45,907 nucleotides of DNA, from positions 1-45,907 of the forward strand of contig JACRCW010000166.1 in NCBI GenBank assembly GCA_016218805.1, read 5' to 3'. The stretch comes from Deltaproteobacteria bacterium. GTDB lineage: Bacteria; Myxococcota; JACRCW01. Positions 40,577 through 45,907 of the stretch are shown here, piece by piece. The position numbers and the translations under genes are program-made. The notes below the pieces were generated by a model, which was given only the letters and a program-made list of their open reading frames with translations, did not search any database and had not been told where the DNA came from. Positions within the stretch are counted from its first letter, which is position 1. The number at the start of each line of letters is the position of its first letter.

Positions 40577-41254
40577 TCACTTCTTGGCGGGCGCGGCGGC
40601 CGGCGCAGCACCCTTGGCGGGCGCGGCTGCGGGCGCGGCGGCGGGCTGGGCTGCGGGCGCCGGCTGCGCGGCGGGTGCAGCAGCGGCGGGCTGCGCGGCG
40701 GGCGCGGCGGCAGCCTGCGGGGCGCTCATGCCACCCCAACCGGCCTCCACCATGCTCTTGAACTTCCACTGGCCGTCACGCTTCACCAGCAGGCTCTGGT
40801 TGCGGCCGGTGATCTTGGTCTTGCCCATGGTCATCGTGAAGTCATCCACCACGGAAACCAGCGAATCACTCAGCACCGTGATGACGGGCTTGTGCGTCGT
40901 CTTGGCGTCCTTGGGCATGTTCTCATAGAACGGCTTCATCATCGCCACGTATTCATCCTTGCCGTACGGCTTGGACTCCGGCACGCCCTTGAGGTCGTCC
41001 GTCACCATGAACACCGGGAAATCCCGGAGCGCCAGCATGCCCTCCATGTCGCCCTTCTTGCCCAGTTCGTCGTCCTTCTTGAAGAACTCGTCGATTTCCT
41101 TCTTGGTCTGCTTTTCGTTGGTGGGCTTGCGGGCCATGGGGCCCATCTTGGTCATGTCCATCGCGGGCGCGGCGGGCGCCGCCGCCGGCGCGGTCTGCGC
41201 CAGCGCAACGGTTGAGAAACACACGCACGCGAGGAAACTGAGCGCCTTCTTCAT
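40577..41254 (-). CDS. Secreted Met-rich NTF2-like (DUF4440-like) protein with Ala/Pro tail
   Basis: Signal peptide ..VALA, LLVKRDGQWKF terminal strand; AGGAG RBS. Confidence 0.7.
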   Translation of the reverse strand: MKKALSFLACVCFSTVALAQTAPAAAPAAPAMDMTKMGPMARKPTNEKQTKKEIDEFFKKDDELGKKGDMEGMLALRDFPVFMVTDDLKGVPESKPYGKDEYVAMMKPFYENMPKDAKTTHKPVITVLSDSLVSVVDDFTMTMGKTKITGRNQSLLVKRDGQWKFKSMVEAGWGGMSAPQAAAAPAAQPAAAAPAAQPAPAAQPAAAPAAAPAKGAAPAAAPAKK

Positions 41255-41450
41255 TGGCAAGCTCCTGCCCGGAGGTCCGGGAGTTGAGGTGATGCGGCGC
41301 GGGTAGCGCTGGGGTCTGCGGCGGGTCAAGCCAAGCGCCCGTCGGAAGCACGGTGTGACATATGACCATCCGGGACGTCATCACCAAGCGGGCGCCTAGG
41401 TTCGTCAGACCGGCGTGGCCGTTCACGCTGTGCGACAGCAGGGCACGCAG

Positions 41451-41625
41451 GAACGTCCGGCCTGGTCGCACGGACCCTCCGGCATGCACCAAGTGAGCAT
41501 CCGGGATGGCCCATCGGACCGCTCGTGGTGGTCAGGTCCGCCGTACGCGGTGCACCGGCGGACCATCCGGGGCGCTCCACGGAGCACACGCGGTTCACCC
41601 CCGGAACAAAGGGACGACGCGGTTG
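41451..41625 (+). repeat. Degenerate 22-bp-period tandem array
   Basis: GA(A/C/G)CnTCCGG at 41451, 41473, 41495, 41561; weaker units at 41517, 41539, 41582, 41604; further GACCATCCGG at 41364. Confidence 0.55.
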
Positions 41626-41902
41626 GCCAACGTCGACCTCATGCAGCCAACACCAGTTCCGTTCGGCTGGTCCGTCATGGCCCGGCTCCTTGGCGTTGCC
41701 GCCACTGCGGGTGCCGTCGGCCCGAAGCCGTGCTGTGGGTAGATGCGTCGCGCACCGCGGCGCGGTCGTTCGCACCGCCCGGCGGCGCGACCCGGCGCGA
41801 CCCGCCCACGCATCCTGCTGGTTTCCCACGTCGAACAAGCCTGCTAGACAGCGCCCTTGTCGACCCTGGCTCTCCGCTGGGAGGTCACGGAGGTTGGAGC
41901 CG

Positions 41903-43081
41903 TTGCCGCTGATTCGTGAGGTAACCATTGAGAACTTCAAGTCCATCCGCACCCTTACGATGGCACTTGGGAGGGTGAATGTGCTCATCGGCGAGAACGG
42001 GTCGGGCAAGAGCAACCTCTTGGAGGCGCTGGTGATGGGATGCGCCGCTGGCCGCGGCCGGGAAGGGCCTGAGTACCTCGCGCCGCGCGGAGTCCGGGTG
42101 ACGGATCCCAAGTACATGCGCTCTGCCTTTGATGAAGGAAGTTCTGGGATCCCGGCCCGCGTGCACCTCCGGGATGAACGCGGCGTCGAGACGAGCGTGG
42201 AGTTGAACTTTGACCCGTCAGAGAACGCCAGGTTTCGCGGGTTCATGGCAAGCATGATGCCTAGGATCCTGCAAACGCTCACAGCATCCGGGGAGACCCG
42301 GTTCCTGGCTCCGCTCAACAATCTCATGCATTCCGGAACGCTCACGCAGGAGGACCAAAAGGATCTTGACGCATTCCTTGAGATGATCCTCAAGACCGTT
42401 ACGGAAGCCGGGACCATCAATGCCCCACCGGATTTCCGAATATTCGCACCCGAGAACGCCTCCCTCCGTGCGTTCCAACTAGAAGGCCAAACGCTCCCGC
42501 TCAGCGGCTCTGGTGTGGGCCTTTTTGCCCATCTCAAGGCCCTCTCCGTGGACAAGCAGCCCGTCTTCCAGAAGATCACTGACCGGCTGGCGCTTTTGGA
42601 CTGGTTTGAGAAGCTGGAGATGCCACAGGACTTGGCGCCGCAGGAACGGAGCATCCGCATCCGTGACCGATTCCTCTCTCCGGGAGCGTTGTTTGATCAG
42701 CGCAGCGCCAATGAGGGTTTCCTCTTCCTTCTTTTCTATTTCACGTTGTTCATCAGCCCAGAAACCCCGGCTTTCTTTGCCGTCGACAACGTGGACGCGT
42801 CGCTGAATCCCAAGCTATGCCGCGCGCTGGTGAAGGATTTGGCCCAACTCGCCGTTGACCATGGCAAGCAGGTCATCTTCACCACCCACAACCCCTCGGT
42901 GCTTGATGGCCTGGACCTCTCAGATGAAGAGCAGCGTCTCTTCGTCGTCGAGCGTGGGGAGGATGGTGCCACGCATGTTCGACGCGTCCCTCAACCCAGG
43001 CCGCCTGAAGGTGAATCCCCGGTGAAGCTGTCCGACGCATTCCTCCGAGGCTACCTGGGTGGACTGCCCAACAATTTCTGA
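41903..43081 (+). CDS. ABC-type ATPase (AAA_21/AAA_15-like), putative anti-phage component
   Basis: IENFKSI, GENGSGKSN, FFAVDNVDASLNP, IFTTHNP; TTG start (41894 or 41903) with GGAGG. Confidence 0.85.
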   Translation: MPLIREVTIENFKSIRTLTMALGRVNVLIGENGSGKSNLLEALVMGCAAGRGREGPEYLAPRGVRVTDPKYMRSAFDEGSSGIPARVHLRDERGVETSVELNFDPSENARFRGFMASMMPRILQTLTASGETRFLAPLNNLMHSGTLTQEDQKDLDAFLEMILKTVTEAGTINAPPDFRIFAPENASLRAFQLEGQTLPLSGSGVGLFAHLKALSVDKQPVFQKITDRLALLDWFEKLEMPQDLAPQERSIRIRDRFLSPGALFDQRSANEGFLFLLFYFTLFISPETPAFFAVDNVDASLNPKLCRALVKDLAQLAVDHGKQVIFTTHNPSVLDGLDLSDEEQRLFVVERGEDGATHVRRVPQPRPPEGESPVKLSDAFLRGYLGGLPNNF

Positions 43082-43090
43082 GGCAGCAGC

Positions 43091-43750
43091 GTGCTCACGT
43101 TTGGGGTCATTGCGGAAGGAAAAACGGACTTTCCGGTCCTGAGGAACATCCTGTGCGGTTACTTCACCGACCCGGCGGTCAACCGGGTGCAGCCGGAGAA
43201 CGACGAAGATCCCGCGGGCTGGTCGCAGGTGTTTGCGGCACTGAACAAAGGCAAGCACCGTGAAGCCCTGCAGTTCAACGACTTCGTGGTTGTGCACGTG
43301 GATACCGACGTGTGCCAGGAAAAGGGCTTTGATGTCCCCGTGCACGCGGAAGGGCGGGCGCTTTCCAAGGACGAGGTGCTGGACCGCGTTTGTCAGAGAT
43401 TGAAGGAGCTCTTGGGAGCACCTTTCCTGGACCGCTACGGAGACCGGGTCATCCTTGCCGTCGCTGTAGAGGCCATCGAATGCTGGCTGATGCCCCTGCT
43501 CTTCCGCGATGCAAAACAAGCCAAGACCACCGGCTGCCTGAGAGCTGTGAACCGTGAGAGGACGCGGAGGAACTTGCTCGCCCTCTCCAGCGCGGACGAG
43601 AAACAGAAGTTCCTGCGACAGTACGACGATGCGTCGCGCGAGTATCGCACGCGCAAGACACTGCTTGAACGCGCTCCGGAGAACCTCAGTCTGGCGCATT
43701 TTGTCTTTCAATTGAGCCTCCTCACGCCAACCGTCATCGACCGGAGTTGA
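43091..43750 (+). CDS. TOPRIM-like (OLD/DUF4435/DUF4276-type) putative nuclease partner of the ATPase
   Basis: VIAEGKTD and HVDTD acidic motifs, IECWL; 9 nt downstream of the ATPase. Confidence 0.7.
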   Translation: MLTFGVIAEGKTDFPVLRNILCGYFTDPAVNRVQPENDEDPAGWSQVFAALNKGKHREALQFNDFVVVHVDTDVCQEKGFDVPVHAEGRALSKDEVLDRVCQRLKELLGAPFLDRYGDRVILAVAVEAIECWLMPLLFRDAKQAKTTGCLRAVNRERTRRNLLALSSADEKQKFLRQYDDASREYRTRKTLLERAPENLSLAHFVFQLSLLTPTVIDRS

Positions 43751-44007
43751 GGATCGGATCGGCGGTGTCCCAGGTCGCCCGACGGGCCCCGCCCGCTGAG
43801 CACCATCGGACCAACGGGGCGGGACGGAAGGCCGCCTGCGGGGTTCCGGCACAACTGTGCGCGCCTGTCGGGCAGGCGACGGGCGTGGACTGGCCATGGC
43901 GTGGTGGCGGCCAACTTTGGCTGCCCGGGGGGTTCACGCGGAGCCTGGCCCGCGCTGGAGAACTGAACGCGGGACCGCGCCTGAGTCTGTCCACCGCGAA
44001 AAGGCCC

Positions 44008-45081
44008 TCAACCGCGCCGGTGTGCCATTTCCGCCACTTTCCCCGGCACGTGCTGGTTTGGCCGTCGCGGGAGTTCGCCGCCTTCAGCAGGCGTTCCGCC
44101 CAGCAACAACCACCCGCAATAGACGGCAAAGAACGTCACCAGCAGCGCGCCCGCGGGACGGGACACGCGTTGCCGGTGGAACGTGAGCAGTCCCAGCAAT
44201 CCGCCCGTGGCCAGCATGATCCACATGTCCACGCCGCTGAGCGCCGCGGCCACGGGGATGGGCGTGACCAGCCCGGCCACGCCCAGGATCATCAGCGTGT
44301 TGAACACGTTGGAGCCCACCACGTTGGCTACCGCCATCTCGTGGTGCCCGCGCCGCGCGGCCAACAGGCTTGCCGCCAGTTCCGGGAGTGAGGTGCCCAC
44401 CGCCACCACGGTCAGGCCAATGACCCGTTCAGTGATACCCAGCATTCGCGCGGTGTGAATGGCGCCGTTGACCAGGGCGGACGCGCTCACCGACAGCGCC
44501 ACCAGCGTGACCAGCAGTCCCAGCAGCAGAGCGGGCAGCGGGCGGGTGGCCAGACCCGCCGCCGGGGGCGGCACCTGTTCCGCCAGTTCCTGGCGCTCCG
44601 CCGGTGGCAGGACCCGCCGCGCCAGCCACACCGAGTAGGAAATGAACGCCACCATGGCGGCCGTCAGCAGCGCGGCCTCCACCCGGTCCAGCAGGCCGTC
44701 ACGGGACAGCACCAGCACCAGCGCCCCGGACAGCATCATCACCGGGTACTCCAGCCGGAGGATGGCGGGAGCAATGGGAACGGGCCAGGCAAGTGCCACC
44801 GCTCCGAGGACGAGCGTGAGGTTGGAGATGTTGGAGCCCACCACGTTGCCCACGGCAATATCGGGCGAGCCGTCCCAGGCGGCGGCCACGGAGACGAACA
44901 GCTCAGGGAACGACGTGCCCGCGGCCACCACCGTCAGGCCGATGACGGCGGGTGACAGGCGCGCCCGCTCTGCCAGCGCGGCGGCGAAATCAACGAGTTT
45001 GTCACCGGCAAGCCACAGCCCGGCCGTCCCGAGGACCATCAGCCCGATGTGAAGCACCACGGTGCACCCCGCGGTCCCCAT
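44008..45081 (-). CDS. Ca2+/Na+ antiporter (YrbG family)
   Basis: Two alpha-repeats: GLTVVAAGTSFPEL..GNVVGSN and GLTVVAVGTSLPEL..NVVGSN; start may be a GTG slightly downstream. Confidence 0.93.
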   Translation of the reverse strand: MGTAGCTVVLHIGLMVLGTAGLWLAGDKLVDFAAALAERARLSPAVIGLTVVAAGTSFPELFVSVAAAWDGSPDIAVGNVVGSNISNLTLVLGAVALAWPVPIAPAILRLEYPVMMLSGALVLVLSRDGLLDRVEAALLTAAMVAFISYSVWLARRVLPPAERQELAEQVPPPAAGLATRPLPALLLGLLVTLVALSVSASALVNGAIHTARMLGITERVIGLTVVAVGTSLPELAASLLAARRGHHEMAVANVVGSNVFNTLMILGVAGLVTPIPVAAALSGVDMWIMLATGGLLGLLTFHRQRVSRPAGALLVTFFAVYCGWLLLGGTPAEGGELPRRPNQHVPGKVAEMAHRRG

Positions 45082-45094
45082 GAGGGGACCCCCG

Positions 45095-45151
45095 GGATGG
45101 CGGCCCGACCATCCGTTGCCTGCATGACCGCCAGCGCGGCGGCGTGCACCC
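45095..45151 (-). ncRNA. nhaA-I-like riboswitch candidate upstream of the Ca2+/Na+ antiporter
   Basis: Minus strand GGGTGCA...TGCAGG-CAAC-GGATGG-TCGGGCCG-CCATCC. Confidence 0.78.
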
Positions 45152-45245
45152 TTGTTCCTGTTCTCCGCAACTTGTCACACGGGTGGGCCCGCGCCTCAAC
45201 CGTTGGCCCAGCGCCGCCGGACCCGCGCGACGCTCGCGTCCCCGG

Positions 45246-45318
45246 GGGTGTACGGTGCCCCGCCCGGTGGACAGGAGCAGTGCAGCGTGTGTGGCCGTGA
45301 CTGGCCCGGGCCGCACAC
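45246..45318 (+). ncRNA. Possible variant of the same RNA upstream of the cation:proton antiporter
   Basis: GGGTGT...ACAGG, then GTGTG-T[14-nt insert]CGGGCCG-CACAC. Confidence 0.3.
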
Positions 45319-45336
45319 CGATGGAGAGGTGGCACC

Positions 45337-45768
45337 GTGACAACCGAGGGCAAGGAAGGCTGGCGCGGCGGCGCGGCGCTGCTTGGGGGCGTGGTGGCGG
45401 TGGGGCTGTTGGCCACCAGCCGGCAGTACCTCCCGTTCGTCGACGCGATGTCGCCCTCGGGCCGGATGCTGTTCTCGCTGGGTTTCCTGCTGCTCGCCGG
45501 GCTCGTGGCTGGCCAGGGGGCGGCCATGATCGGTCTGCCACGCCTCACGGGTTACCTGGCCGCGGGGCTCCTGTTCGGACCGGGTGGCGTGGCAATCGTC
45601 GGCCGCGAGCAGGTGACGTCCATGGCGCTGCTCAACGCGCTGGCCCTGGCGCTCATTGCGCTGCAAGCCGGTGCGGAGTTCACCACGGACATGCTCCGGC
45701 GCGGCCTGCGCAGTCTCACGTGGGGATCGGCGGCGCAGGTCCTGGTGGTCCTGCCCGGCATGGCGCTG
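45337..45768 (+). pseudogene. Cation:proton antiporter (CPA2/Kef-type) N-terminal part, interrupted
   Basis: GLPRLTGYLAAGLLFGP, ALALIALQAGAEF; similarity stops abruptly at 45768. Confidence 0.7.
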
Positions 45769-45907
45769 CAGGGCGATCGCATTCTGGCTTGGGAACTTGA
45801 GAGGGGGGCTGCGTTCCGGAGGGCCGTGAGTCGAGGCAAGGGCGTGTGGCTCTGAAAAAGGTCAGCGGAAACGATCTGTTGCGTGCGAGGTCAAAGGCGA
45901 GTCCTCG
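45769..45907. mobile_element. Probable end of an ISAs1-family insertion sequence
   Basis: CAGGGCGATCGCAT at the junction resembles ISAs1 termini (CAGGG...); composition changes and the window ends inside it. Confidence 0.55.

Noticed and set aside
41525..41893. N-terminal extension of the ATPase ORF
   Set aside because: Overlaps the repeat array; homology and the RBS point to a TTG start at 41894 or 41903.

Overview
High-GC bacterial DNA, almost certainly Myxococcota (TIGR04551-like outer-membrane protein, MYXO-CTERM protein). The left ~19 kb is mostly core or ordinary genes: GAF histidine kinase, miaB, yhbY, hemL, lpxC, glgC. A trehalose module follows (GH15, membrane-anchored otsA, otsB, MarR). 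After it comes a ~20 kb salt/ion-homeostasis region: NhaD/Cit-type transporter, orphan TRAP dctM, usp, nhaA, truncated mscS, ABC exporter, orphan rnfE, trkAH, Na+/Ca2+ exchanger, and a cation:proton antiporter cut by a probable ISAs1 end. The non-coding structure is the most interesting part. (1) Four copies of one riboswitch-like RNA (GGGTG-stem-CAGG...GGTCGGGCCGCC, nhaA-I-like) plus three related variants precede the ion transporters. (2) An orphan helical-protein gene has a structured leader and lies next to a head-to-head array of 13 motifs, phased exactly 22 bp apart within each arm, with variable 15-nt spacers. (3) A second, degenerate 22-bp array lies upstream of a PARIS-like ABC-ATPase/TOPRIM pair. 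(4) Two MITE-like families sit at stop codons, one carrying GTAG-REPs. All family assignments come from motif recognition by eye; no searches were run.
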